Below are positions 12,155 to 22,677 of a stretch of DNA of 64,000 nucleotides, piece after piece. Below the pieces are notes generated by a model. It was not told the DNA's origin. It ran no database searches and was given only the letters and a program-made list of their open reading frames with translations. The stretch is taken from NCBI GenBank assembly GCA_043228905.1, contig JBHGNT010000003.1, positions 1,674,001-1,738,000 on the forward strand, in the 5' to 3' direction. Every line of letters starts with the position of its first letter. Within the stretch, counting starts at the first letter, position 1. A program made the translations under genes and the position numbers. This DNA comes from Azolla caroliniana (lineage: Eukaryota > Plantae > Polypodiophyta).

Positions 12155-12780
12155 TGTCGTACAACAGTGCTCGGCCACAACCGAGGAACAGGATCGATTC
12201 ACAGAAAACGGGAAATACAAGAATGCACGAAAACAATAGAGAGAAGGGTACACTAGATGTTTTACGTGGAAAACCCTAAATGGGAAAAACCACGGGAGTC
12301 CTAAAACTCCAACTATCACTATGAACAGGGATGTACACTGGTGAAGCTACAAGGCAACAACCTTGAGCTCACTGTCTTCGCCACAGGCAGCGGTAATACA
12401 CAGAGGCAACAACCTCTTCGTCTCTATCTCTCTCTCTCTCACTCGGCTGCTCTCACTTCGCATAGGAAAAATGAGCAACAACAACAAACTGTTTGCCCTA
12501 AGTCATATTTATACACATATGACTTTCGGGCTATTTACAAATATAGCCTCAAGGGCCCTTGGCAAACATATTCACAAATATGTCCCCGCATCTGGATCTC
12601 TCTCCGGGTACATACGTCATCCGGCTCCGTAACCGGGGTCTTCAGCATCCGGCTCCGTAGCCGGGTACTCTTCATCCGGCTTCATGCCGGGTACTCTTCA
12701 TCATCCGGTTCCGTAACAGCCTCCGGGCTTGCCGTCATTCATCTCCGGACATCCCATCCGGAGGGACCGAAATCCCAACA
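12155..12780 (-). repeat. 3' LTR of Copia C (626 bp)
   Basis: TG...CA ends; matches the reconstituted 5' LTR with one substitution seen by eye. Confidence 0.96.
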
Positions 12781-12790
12781 AACTCCCCCT

Positions 12791-15700
12791 TCACTTCGGC
12801 ATGGGATGTCTCTCCAACCCGATCCTCTTCCGGCATGCTTCCAGCTTGTCGGGTGTGAGCACCTTGGTCAGCATATCCGACCCGTTCTCGTCCGTGTGGA
12901 TCTTCGTCAGCACGAACTCCTTGTCTTCTATCCTTTCCCGGATCCAGTGGTATCTACGCTGGATGTGTTTCGTCCGGGAATGGTAGGCCGCGTTCTTCGC
13001 AAGGTGGATGGCACTCTGACTATCGCAGTAGAGTCGGTACTCCTCCTGCCGGATACCGAGCTCTCTAATGAAGTCCTTCATCCATATTATTTCCTTGCCG
13101 GCTTCAACAGCCGCCATGTACTCCGCCTCCGTGGTTGACAACGCAACTGTCTTCTGCAACCTCGACTGCCACGAAACAGCTCCCCCTGCATACGTCATCA
13201 CATACCCTGATGTGGACCGGCTGGTATCTGCATCAGCCGACATATCCGAATCGGTAAAGCCATCGAGTTCGGGCTTACCGGAGCCGAATCGGAGGCACAC
13301 GTTTGTCGTGCCCTTCAGGTATCGGAGTATCCACTTGACCGCGTTCCAGTGCTCTTTGCCGGGATTGCTCATGTACCGGCTCACCACTCCAACTACATAT
13401 CCTATGTCCGGTCTTGTACACACCATTGCGTACATCAAGCTTCCGACGGCAGAGGCATATGGTACTTTCATCATGTCCTCCTTCTCAGCCTTTGTCTTGG
13501 GGCTTTGCTTGCTGGACAACTTGCAGTTTGCCGGGAGGGTTGACCCGACCAGTCTCGCTTCCGACATGTTGAACCGGTGAAGCACCTTTGTCACGTACTT
13601 CTCCTGTGACAGCCACAACTGCTTCTTCTTCCGGTCCCGGATGATGTGCATCCCTAGTATTTGCCTCGCCGGACCCAGGTCCTTCATTGAGAAGGTTCGG
13701 TGAAGAGCTTTCTTCAGCATCCGTATCTTGACCTGGTCCCGTCCGACGATCAACATGTCGTCCACGTACAGGAGGAGTATTAGAAAGTCTCCTCCTTCGA
13801 ACTTCTTCACAAACACGCAGTGGTTGGACTGCGTTTTGAGGTACCCTTCGTCGGTCATGAAGGAGTCGAACTTCCGGTACCATTGCCGGGGAGCCTGCTT
13901 CAGTCCGTAAAGGCTCTTCTTCAACCGGCATACCAGGTGCTCCTTCCCTTTTTTCTCGAATCCTTCCGGTTGCTGCATGTAGATCTCTTCTTCGAGGTCA
14001 CCGTGAAGGAATGTCGTCTTCACGTCCATCTGTTCTACCTCGAGGTCCATGCTTGCCGCTATGCTCAGCACCGTCCGGATGGAGGTCATCTTCACTACCG
14101 GGGCAAATATCTCGTCGAAGTCGACGCCCTTCTTCTGCTGAAACCCCTTCACCACGATCCTGGCTTTGTATCTCGAAAGGTTTCCGGCATCTCCCGGTTT
14201 CAGCTTGAACACCCACTTGTTTCGTAGTGCCCGCTTTCCTTTCGGCAACTCCACAAGTTCATATATGTGGTTCTCATGCAGGGAATCCATCTCGTCCTGC
14301 ATGGCACTCAACCACCTGCGGCTCTGGGTGTCATGCTTTGCTTCTTCAAAGCTCTCCGGCTCCCCCTCGTCGGTTAGCAGCACGTGCTCTGGCTCCGGAA
14401 ATCTCCGGGGGGGCCTTCTCTCTCTTAGAGGATATCTCCGTTCCGGAGCTTCGGTAACCGGCTGCTCCGTTTCCTCTTCATCCGAATCCATTTCGGGATC
14501 GGGGCCGGTTCCGGTATCAGTTTCATCTTCCTCGGCCGGTTCTGTTTCTTCACCATCTTCGGCCGGATCCTCGAGTGCTAACCGGTCCCTTGCCGGTCGG
14601 GACTGCTCCTCGTAGAGTTTATCCTCACCGGTCGACTTGGCGCTCTTCATCTTCTTCTCCGACTCCCAGTCGGCGAGTGTCTTGTCCTCCATGAAGATGA
14701 TATCTCGACTCCTGAATATCTTCTTGTCGACCGGGTCCCATACTCGGTAGCCGAACTCGTTGTCGCCGTAACCGAGGAATATGCATGGCCGGGTCTTTGG
14801 ATCTAGCTTTCCTCTCCGGTCCTTTGCCACATGCACGTATGCGAGACACCCGAACACCTTCAGATGCCGGTAGGACACTTCCTTACCGGTCCACACTTTC
14901 TGCGGCGTGTCTCCGTCCAAAGGTACTGAGGGTGATCTATTTATCACATACGTCGCCGTCGACATTGCCTCAGCCCAAAATCCCTTGGGTAATTTCGCAT
15001 GTGCCAGCATACTCCGGACCCTCTCCATTATGGTCCGGTTCATCCTCTCGGCCAGCCCGTTCAGTTCCGGCGTCTTCGGCACAGTAAACTCGAGCCGGAT
15101 TCCTTTCGAGCGACAGTACTCCGCGAACTGCCCCCGGTATTCTCCTCCGTTATCCGCTCGTATCGCTTTCAGCTTCTTGCCGGATTCTCTTTCCACTCTC
15201 GCATGGAGTTCTTTGAAGACGGACAACACTTGGTCCTTTGTCTTCAATGGTGCCGTCCACAGCTTCCGGCTGTGATCATCAATGAATGTCACGAAGTACT
15301 GGGCTCCGCCATGTGACTTCGTTTCTACCTGACACACATCAGTGTGTACCAACTCCAATGGTACACTACGTCTCGTCGGTGGCCTTGAGTGGAAGGAGGT
15401 TCGGTTCTGCTTACCGGCCAGGCAATCGGTGCACTTCTCCAGGTGCACATGCTTCACTGGAATAAGGTTGTCTTCTGCAAGCCTCTTCATCCCCTTCTCA
15501 CTCATGTGGCACAGTCTCTTGTGCCACAGCTCACCGGCAGTGTCGGCTGCCACATTCAGCTCTTCCGGACATAACCGGGCATTCATCAGGTACAGAGTGT
15601 TGACTTTCCGGGCCCGAGCCACTATCAGGCTCCCCTTGCTGAATTTCATGACACCGTTCCGAATGCTACCCGTGTAGCCTTCATCATCTAGCCTCCCGGC

Positions 15701-16864
15701 CGAGATCAGGTTCAATCGGACCTCCGGAACGTGTCGCACATCCTTCAGCATCATCTTGCATCCGGTTGATGTCATCAGCCACACGTCTCCTATGCCGGCA
15801 ATCCAGCATGTGCCTTCATTTCCCATCCGGACACAGTCGTGCTCACCGGCCGTGTAGGATGAGAAGTATTTCTTCTCCGGGGTCAGGTGGAACGACGCTC
15901 CGGAATCGACCACCCAGGTCATCTCTACACCGGCAAGGTTCAGCTCCCTCTCTTCGGTAATGAGCATTATCTCTTCTTCACTTGCCGCGAGTGCCGTCGT
16001 TCCTTTCCGGTCCTGCCCTCGCCGATCCGGACCTCTCCGGTCCGTGGCTCCCCGGTATGCACCGTTTCTCTCCGGTGACTTCTTCGAATCAGTGTCATCG
16101 GCTCCGTTCTCCTTTCGGTAATGCCGACAATTCTTCCGGAAGTGCCCCGGCTTCCCACAGTGGAAACATGTGGGTCTTCCTCTTGACTGCGACCGGGTCC
16201 CCGACTTCTCCCGTCTTTGCGGACTCCGGTTCCATTGTCTTCCCCGTTCCGATTCGGTAAGCAGCGCCTTCGAGTCGGAGGCCGGTTCTTTATCTCTCCG
16301 ACGCGCTTCTTCGTTCAAAATACTCGTCTTTACCGTTTGTAGGGACAAGTTATCTTCGGTGCAGGAGGTGCTGAGAGTCACCACCAAGTTCTCCCAGCTG
16401 TCCGGCAATGTACACATCAGAATGATGGCTTGCATTGCATCCTCCAACGGGAACTTGATCGCCGCAAGCTGGTTCACGAATCCCATGAACGTGCTTACGT
16501 GTTCCACCATACTCTCGCCGTCCCGGTACTTGAGGTTCACTATCTTTCTCATCAGGGAGGTCCGGTTCAACGCATTCTTCCTCTCGTAGAGGCCCGACAG
16601 CTTCCGCCACATCTCATATGCGTTGGTGTCGTTCGCCACGTGTTGTAGAACACTCACGTCGACGTATTGCCGAATGGTTGCAACAGCTTTCCGGTTCAGA
16701 AGCCTCCATTCCGACTCAAGTACCCCCTTCGGTATTTCCGACCTGTCAATTGGTTCGTACAGATCCCGAACAATCAGAAGATCCTCCATCTTGATCTTCT
16801 AGTCGGCGTAATTCTGCGCATTCAGCACCATCATCCCCGGCTGCCCGCTGCTGCCGCCTTCCAT
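12791..16864 (-). pseudogene. Copia gag-pol polyprotein with a single nonsense codon (TAG at codon 22, 16799-16801)
   Basis: CCHC knuckle, DSGAS protease, GAG-pre-integrase, integrase, RT YVDD, RNaseH. In-frame ATG at 16864 gives NYAD*KIKM where Copia elements have W. Confidence 0.93.
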
Positions 16865-16942
16865 TTTCTGTGTTACCGTCGCTCTGATACCACTTGTCGT
16901 ACAACAGTGCTCGGCCACAACCGAGGAACAGGATCGATTCAC

Positions 16943-16984
16943 AGAAAACGGGAAATACAAGAATGCACGAAAACAATAGAGAGA
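16943..16984 (+). repeat. 42-bp target duplication, left copy (right copy 25103-25144)
   Basis: AGAAAACGGGAAATACAAGAATGCACGAAAACAATAGAGAGA occurs once in the intact LTR and on both sides of the insert. Confidence 0.95.
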
Positions 16985-17060
16985 GCTTTGTTTATTAACC
17001 GTAAGGTTGATACAAGGAGTGCGAGCGACTTTTAGATATGGTAGATAATGTAATAGGAAA

Positions 17061-17198
17061 GGGTTTAGGGTTTCCGGATTAGGGTTTAGGGTTTTGGGAT
17101 TAGGGTTTAGGGCTTCGGGATTAGGGTTTTGGGTTTCGAGATTAGGGTTTCAGGATTAGGGTTTCGGGATTAGGGTTTCAGGATTAGGTCTAGGGTTT
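17061..17198 (+). repeat. Degenerate telomere-like array (TTAGGGTTT variants) in the PLE1 3' UTR
   Basis: Read directly; bracketed by direct repeat TAGATAATGTAATA (17042-17055, 17202-17215). Confidence 0.9.
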
Positions 17199-17295
17199 AC
17201 ATAGATAATGTAATAAGAAAAGATTCTAAGCACACATAAAGAGAGAGAGAGAGAGAGAGAGAGACTCAGGAAAATTCCATTAAAATAAAAGGAAA

Positions 17296-17354
17296 GACCT
17301 TATGCAGCAAACTAGTTTCGCTCTTTTAGGTAGAGCTCATCAGTGCAAAAGGTC
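17296..17354 (-). ncRNA. Minimal type I hammerhead ribozyme (PLE1)
   Basis: GACCTTTTGCA-CTGATGA-GCTC(tacctaaaa)GAGC-GAAA-CTAG-TT-TGCtgcatAAGGTC: full core, stems I and II, palindromic stem III. Confidence 0.9.
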
Positions 17355-17971
17355 ATGTACATACAAAAGGTGGTTTATATAGGATGTTGAGGTTGGGGAA
17401 GGGAGGAGAATGTATAATCATAGTGAGTGGGGTACAATAACAATGTAAATAGATGGAGGGCTGTAAGGTTTTAAGTTGGAAGATCTTGATGATAGAGGGG
17501 GTGGTGATATGGGGGGGGAAACAAAATGAGCTGGTGAATGGAAGATTGATAGGGTGATAAGACAGATGAGGGAGTAGGAAAAGGTGAATAAGGGGAAATG
17601 AATGAGTGGTAGGGTGTGTAATTATATGTAAATAAAAGAAAGAAGGGAAAGTTAAAGGAAGTTAATAAGAGGTATTAGGGAGAGGGGTTGAGGGAAGAGA
17701 GAGAGTGTATAAAAAGGTAGTGAGAGGAAGAGGGGATGAGAAATGGAAAAAAAAAGGGGGAGGGGGAGATGGAATATAGTTTTTAGTGAGATATAAGGGA
17801 AATATTGGGGGGGAAAAAAAGGGAGGGGGAGATAGAATATAGTTTTTAGTGAGATATAAGGGAAATATTGGGGGAAAAAAGTAGATGTGTGTGACTACAA
17901 AATAAAAGTAAGGGGGAAGGAGAGAGGAACAAGGAAGGGGGATAGATTAAATGAAGGGTGAGAAAATATGT

Positions 17972-19954
17972 TTATAGTGGCTCTAGGATGTTTTTAGTTT
18001 TTACTAGAAGGGAGTGGAGGTTTTTGGATTTAGTCCAACAAATAATGGGTTTAGGGATATGTTGTAGTTGGGGATCTAATTGGATATCATAGTGTAGGTT
18101 AGTTAGTATTTTCTTAATAATTAGTGTGGGGGTATGGCGAGTATATCTAAGTTTAAAGATAGTGGGTGGGGTGGTCTTTTTAGTTTTTTCTTTGAAAAGG
18201 AGAGTGTGTCTAAGGGAGTAAGGGTGTTTTCGAAAGTTATTTAGAATAAAATGTGTGGGATAACCTCGGGCTCTAAGTCTCGTAAAGAATTTTTTTTGCA
18301 TATTTAAATAACCTAGGGCCGTGCTTTCTCTAACCATATATCTTTTGAGTTCATTTGAAACAAAACTATTTTTAACATGTAGAGGGTGATTGGAGGAATA
18401 AGGGATGTATTGATATGTGTTAAGTGTTTTTTGAAAGCAATTAAAGGTGAATCTATTATTATCTAATCTAATCCAAAGGTCTAAAAAGGGTAGTTTCGTG
18501 TAAGAAGTGTGTATGGTTAGTTTTATAGAGTTTTGAGTAGAGTTACTATAGAAGTTTAGGTATTCGAGAAGTTGGATTTTAGTACCAGTCCAGACGCCAA
18601 AGGCATCATCAATATACCTAGTGAAATAGAAAAGGTGGGGTGATGGATTGGAATTTTCTAGATATGAGAGGAAGAGACATGCATACACGACGGAAAAATT
18701 ACTACCCATGGCTGTTCCTTTTACCTGTTGATAAATTTGGTTGTTAAATTTAAGGAAGTGGTATTCTAAGGTGAGGGCACTAAGGGTGTAAATCAAATTG
18801 GTTTTTTGGTTAGAAAAGTGGGGGGCAATAAGGTTTTTTAGGGCAGAGAGTCCTAGTTTAGGTGGGATGCTAGGGTAGAGGGATTCAACATCAAAAGAAA
18901 AAATGAAGCTATTGGGTGGTGTTATAAGTTGTTCTAAAGTTTGGACAAGGGAATGGGAGTCCCTAAGATACTGTTTTTGAACTAGAAGTATGGGGAGGAG
19001 TTGATGGTGAAGCCATTTAGACGTTTGTTCAAATAATGAACCGTTATATGAGCAAATCGGTCTATAGCTAACAGGACTTTTATGTACTTTTGGCAAGAAG
19101 TACATATTAGGTATTGAGTAACCTTTAGGAGGTTTGTGTAGGATAAATTCTATTTCTATGAGAGATAAGATATTACGATTACAATTGACTATGTCTTGTA
19201 GTCGACTTAAAAGTTCTTCTAATGGGAGACTATCAACTTTTTTATATGTAGTGATGTCGGATAAATGTTCTAGGGCTTTATCTAAGTATGTTTTTTTATC
19301 GAGGACACAAACTCCAATGTTTTTGTCCGCTGGTAGGATGGTTATTTTATTATTATTTTTAAGGCTAGTTATTGCTAATTGGAGGTGTAGTGGTATTTTG
19401 ATATTAGGTAATATATTATCATGGAGGTTTGTGGAGAGAGAGATATTGTGTTTATGGAGTATAGATTCTAATGGTGGATATTTAGTAGGAGGGTTCCAAT
19501 TCGGGTTGGGTAGTTTGAAGGGATTAGAGGGAGGAGAGTTGGATTTTCTAAAGAAATGTTTAAGTCTCAAGGATCTACTTAGGTTTTGGTATTCTTGAAG
19601 AATGGATTGGTTAGTAGGTGGGGGGCAAGGGGGTATAAACTTAAGTCCTAGGTTTAAAAGTTTCATTTCTAGTTTACTAAGGGTGTAACTTGAAAGATTA
19701 TGAATTTTACTTTGTAAGATGGAAGTAGTGTCTATGGTGGGAGTAAGTGGTTTCCAAAACTTGTATCTAAGCCTTTTAGGGCGTGATTTAGTATAAGGGG
19801 AGAAAGGGAAGTGGGAGTTTTCTTTACCTAGCCACATGTACGTATCACGTGTCAAAGGGGGCCTATCTAGTATGTAAAAAAGACGCTTACAAGGGTGTAA
19901 GGCGTGCTTAAACCGTTTACTAATTCGTTTAGCACGCCTCACTACACGTTTTTT
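17972..19954 (-). CDS. PLE1 reverse transcriptase ORF2, probably expressed by -1 frameshift
   Basis: Intact ORF with IHNLS, LGLKF, PADK, LPKVHK..RPI, FDVESLYPSIP, GTAMGS, RYIDD, LPFLD, SNHP, RGYP; ends after the thumb with no endonuclease. Confidence 0.92.
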   Translation of the reverse strand, partial: KKRVVRRAKRISKRFKHALHPCKRLFYILDRPPLTRDTYMWLGKENSHFPFSPYTKSRPKRLRYKFWKPLTPTIDTTSILQSKIHNLSSYTLSKLEMKLLNLGLKFIPPCPPPTNQSILQEYQNLSRSLRLKHFFRKSNSPPSNPFKLPNPNWNPPTKYPPLESILHKHNISLSTNLHDNILPNIKIPLHLQLAITSLKNNNKITILPADKNIGVCVLDKKTYLDKALEHLSDITTYKKVDSLPLEELLSRLQDIVNCNRNILSLIEIEFILHKPPKGYSIPNMYFLPKVHKSPVSYRPICSYNGSLFEQTSKWLHHQLLPILLVQKQYLRDSHSLVQTLEQLITPPNSFIFSFDVESLYPSIPPKLGLSALKNLIAPHFSNQKTNLIYTLSALTLEYHFLKFNNQIYQQVKGTAMGSNFSVVYACLFLSYLENSNPSPHLFYFTRYIDDAFGVWTGTKIQLLEYLNFYSNSTQNSIKLTIHTSYTKLPFLDLWIRLDNNRFTFNCFQKTLNTYQYIPYSSNHPLHVKNSFVSNELKRYMVRESTALGYLNMQKKFFTRLRARGYPTHFILNNFRKHPYSLRHTLLFKEKTKKTTPPTIFKLRYTRHTPTLIIKKILTNLHYDIQLDPQLQHIPKPIICWTKSKNLHSLLVKTKNILEPL

Positions 19955-21132
19955 GGTTTCGACACATGAGTTGGAGTTTTAGATGGGGGTTGATAGGGGG
20001 GTTTGTAAGAGTTGTGTGGGTTTGATTTATTATGTGGGTGGGTGGCTGGGGCAGATGGGTTAGAATTACAAAAAAGGGAAGGGGTATTAGATGTAAATAG
20101 GGAGGGGTTACTAACAGGAAAATGGAAAGGGGTATTAGACGTAAATGGGGAGGGGTTCTTATTTATATTATGTGGAAATAAGAGGGGGTTGCCGTGTGTG
20201 GAATTATTAGGAAAAGAGAGGGGGGTATGGGAGGAGTGTGTGAAAATATTGGGGGGGTTTGTGAAAATATTGGGGGGGTTTGTGAAAATATTGAGGGGGT
20301 TTGGGGCTATATTAGAGATTGGGGAAGGGGCAAGACCAAAATTATACAAAATGTTAGGGGGGTAATTAGGGTGGGGATCATTACAAAAAAGGGGCATGGG
20401 GTTATGGAGGGGAATATTGGAAAGTAACGGGGGGGTATACAGAGAATTATTAAGAAGTGTAGGGGGAAGGTTTTGAGAGTGAGTGGGATATGGGTAAAGG
20501 GATGGGCTATGTTGTTGCCCTAGCGTAGGAGGAGGGAAAGAAAATTGAGGGGGAGAGGTATCGAGGGGCTTAGTATACGGAGGAGGGTTGGAGAGCAGAG
20601 GGGGAAGGTGAGAATGGGGGAGATGCTTTCTATTGTAGTCGAACGCAGGACCTGAGTTTGGGACAGCGTTATGGCCCGCCTGTGAATTAATCTCGTCCTG
20701 TTGTTGATGGCTATGTTGGGCCGACGAGAAACTAGCAGGTGCAGCCGAAGAGTAGAAGCTATGGACCAGAGACGGGGGTCCTCGGTGTGCAGCCTGTGAC
20801 CAAGCATGTGTATGGTGGCTCGTGTCTCTGTGGCCATCGAAAAGTGATGATGGTGGTAGTTGATGGAGATCTCGTGGTGGATGATTAAAGTGGTTGATGT
20901 CCGTGTTGCCGCCGAAGAGTGATGATGGTGGTCGGTGTGGGTGATCTTGTGGTGGATGAAGCCAAGAACCTGTACGAAGGGAAGCATGTGTCGTGAAATC
21001 GGAGTTCGGGTTATGGTGGCGGTAGGCCGAGTTTATGTTCGGGCCTGCCGAAAGCTCGTTCGATCTATAGAAAAGTACTTGTGGGTTTTGATGGTTGAGG
21101 TTCGGGTTGATGCTAACTTCATTGTTATTCAT
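19942..21132 (-). CDS. PLE1 ORF1, Pro/His/Asn/Ser-rich low-complexity protein, probably 5'-truncated
   Basis: 396 open codons; frame stays open upstream of the ATG into the telomeric repeats; ends in PKN at the slippery site as in PLE2. Confidence 0.78.
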   Translation of the reverse strand: MNNNEVSINPNLNHQNPQVLFYRSNELSAGPNINSAYRHHNPNSDFTTHASLRTGSWLHPPQDHPHRPPSSLFGGNTDINHFNHPPRDLHQLPPSSLFDGHRDTSHHTHAWSQAAHRGPPSLVHSFYSSAAPASFSSAQHSHQQQDEINSQAGHNAVPNSGPAFDYNRKHLPHSHLPPLLSNPPPYTKPLDTSPPQFSFPPPTLGQQHSPSLYPYPTHSQNLPPTLLNNSLYTPPLLSNIPLHNPMPLFCNDPHPNYPPNILYNFGLAPSPISNIAPNPLNIFTNPPNIFTNPPNIFTHSSHTPLSFPNNSTHGNPLLFPHNINKNPSPFTSNTPFHFPVSNPSLFTSNTPSLFCNSNPSAPATHPHNKSNPHNSYKPPYQPPSKTPTHVSKPKNV

Positions 21133-21177
21133 GTTGCAGATGAATTGAGGATGGTCATCGAAAAGTGATACCCTTTT

Positions 21178-21246
21178 GGGTTTAGGGTTTAGGGTTTAGG
21201 GTTTAGGGTTTAGGGGGTTTAGAGTTTAGGGTTTAGGGTTTTAGGG
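21178..21246 (+). repeat. (TTTAGGG)n telomeric tract capping the PLE1 5' end
   Basis: About nine mostly canonical plant telomere units. Confidence 0.97.
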
Positions 21247-21463
21247 TAACAGGACTTTTATGTACTTTTGGCAATAAGTACATATTAGGTATTGAGTAAC
21301 CTTTAGGAGGTTTGTGTAGGATAAATTCTATTTCTATGAGAGATAAGATATTACGATTACAATTGACTATGTCTTGTAGTCGACTTAAAAGTTCTTCTAA
21401 TGGGAGACTATCAACTTTTTTATATGTAGTGATGTCGGATAAATGTTCTAGGGCTTTATCTAA
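21247..21463 (-). other. 217-bp copy of PLE1 RT segment 19069-19285 between the opposed telomere tracts
   Basis: Same orientation as PLE1; one mismatch seen (GCAATAAG vs GCAAGAAG). Confidence 0.93.
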
Positions 21464-21510
21464 AACCCTAAACCCTAAACCCTAAACCCTAAACCCTAAA
21501 CCCTAAACCC
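21464..21510 (-). repeat. (CCCTAAA)n telomeric tract capping the PLE2 5' end
   Basis: About six perfect units, opposite polarity to 21178-21246. Confidence 0.97.
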
Positions 21511-22677
21511 TCTCACCCTAACCCAAACCACCGCTCCAATAATAACTCCAAACAAGCGCAACGTCCTCGTCATCGAGCATCTAACCTCCTTTTCACCTGT
21601 AACACCGCAACTAATGAGGTTAAACAAACATCTAAACCTTATCCCAACCATGGAGGGCCTCAAGTTCTTTTTCATAACCCAAACTTTGCCAATAATGAAC
21701 CGCACCATTCTCGCTCACCACAAGCTTTCGCAACTATAGGCCTCGGTCATCTCCCCGCGCATATAAGTCCTCCGGCTCCTAACACCGTCCCCGAGCTCCA
21801 TCCACCATACTATCGTCAACCGCACCTGCCAAACATTACAAGACAACAATTTCAACACTCTGTTACGAATCAAAGCCGCCAACAAAACTTCCCGCCGCCG
21901 CCGCCGCCCCTTCTCCGCCGTACACATGGTACGCCCTACAATAATTGGACATCACAGAAACGTGATCCACTGCACAATAACCAGCAACATGTCGCGGTTG
22001 ATCGCGGCCTCTTTCATCAATCGTTCCCCCCCCCTATTGTAAACGAGTATGGGACTGTGTTGGACAGCCATCTCGTGCACCCTTCCCCCTCCCTACATGG
22101 TGCGTTGTTTGGGACTGCGCAAGGCAGCCAACACACATTCGCGCCGCCCCTCCTTCCCACCCCTCATCCATGCTCACAACAGCCTCACCTCTCACGTTTT
22201 CAGAACCCTAATTACTCCCATTTCTCTGTTCCCTCCTCACATCCCCCTTTGTCTTCATATGGAGGCAGCCTCTATGAACAAATGCCTCCTCCCCTCCCCT
22301 CTCCCTCTCAATTATTTCCATATCTCATACATGCCCCTGCATTACTTCCCGATAATCTAACTCATGCCCCCCCCTATTTTGCCCCTAATTCACATACTAC
22401 CCCTCCCCCTCCTTTATCTAATTTTCATTCGCCCCCCCCACTTTTCTTTACCCCATTTGTTGAAACCCCCCCCTCTAATTCATACTCTACCCCTCCCTCG
22501 TATCTTAATAAACCTCCTTATTATCCCCTCTCTAATATAAAAACCCCCTTCACCCACCACACCACCCCTCCCTCCTATCCTAATCATAAACATTATAGAA
22601 ATACACCACACTCCACTAATCCTCCCCCTACCACACACCATAGGAACCCACCTTCTAGCCGACCAAAAAACGACTAG
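21493..22677 (+). CDS. PLE2 ORF1, Pro/His-rich, no ATG at its 5' end (5'-truncated)
   Basis: Manual translation is open from 21493 to the TAG at 22675-22677; shares FxCN..NEV..QVLF with PLE1 ORF1. Confidence 0.75.
   Translation, partial: TLNPKPSHPNPNHRSNNNSKQAQRPRHRASNLLFTCNTATNEVKQTSKPYPNHGGPQVLFHNPNFANNEPHHSRSPQAFATIGLGHLPAHISPPAPNTVPELHPPYYRQPHLPNITRQQFQHSVTNQSRQQNFPPPPPPLLRRTHGTPYNNWTSQKRDPLHNNQQHVAVDRGLFHQSFPPPIVNEYGTVLDSHLVHPSPSLHGALFGTAQGSQHTFAPPLLPTPHPCSQQPHLSRFQNPNYSHFSVPSSHPPLSSYGGSLYEQMPPPLPSPSQLFPYLIHAPALLPDNLTHAPPYFAPNSHTTPPPPLSNFHSPPPLFFTPFVETPPSNSYSTPPSYLNKPPYYPLSNIKTPFTHHTTPPSYPNHKHYRNTPHSTNPPPTTHHRNPPSSRPKND

Larger units (their letters stand above)
16985..21177 (-). mobile_element. 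Endonuclease-deficient Penelope-like retroelement PLE1
   Basis: ORF1 plus RT ORF with PLE-type motifs, no GIY-YIG recognised, 3' hammerhead, telomeric repeats at the 5' junction. Confidence 0.9.

Noticed and set aside
12341-13138. ORFs 12341-13138 and 25241-25744 as duplicated genes
   Set aside because: They are antisense read-throughs of the Copia LTR; the identity reflects the LTR duplication.
181-16648. Many overlapping or antisense ORFs of 60-260 aa
   Set aside because: Shadow frames of GC-rich retrotransposon coding sequence with no recognisable motifs.
17757-17880. ~62-bp tandem duplication in the PLE1 3' UTR as a functional element
   Set aside because: Absent from PLE2 and bounded by homopolymer runs, consistent with simple slippage.
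19700-19954. N-terminal GIY-YIG endonuclease (Naiad/Chlamys type)
   Set aside because: The ~80 aa before IHNLS are basic and contain no GIY/YIG motif in either element; this still needs an HMM check.
21178-21510. Ancestral end-to-end fusion of two different chromosomes
   Set aside because: Both flanks belong to the same Copia LTR with a 42-bp duplication, so the joined ends come from one locus.
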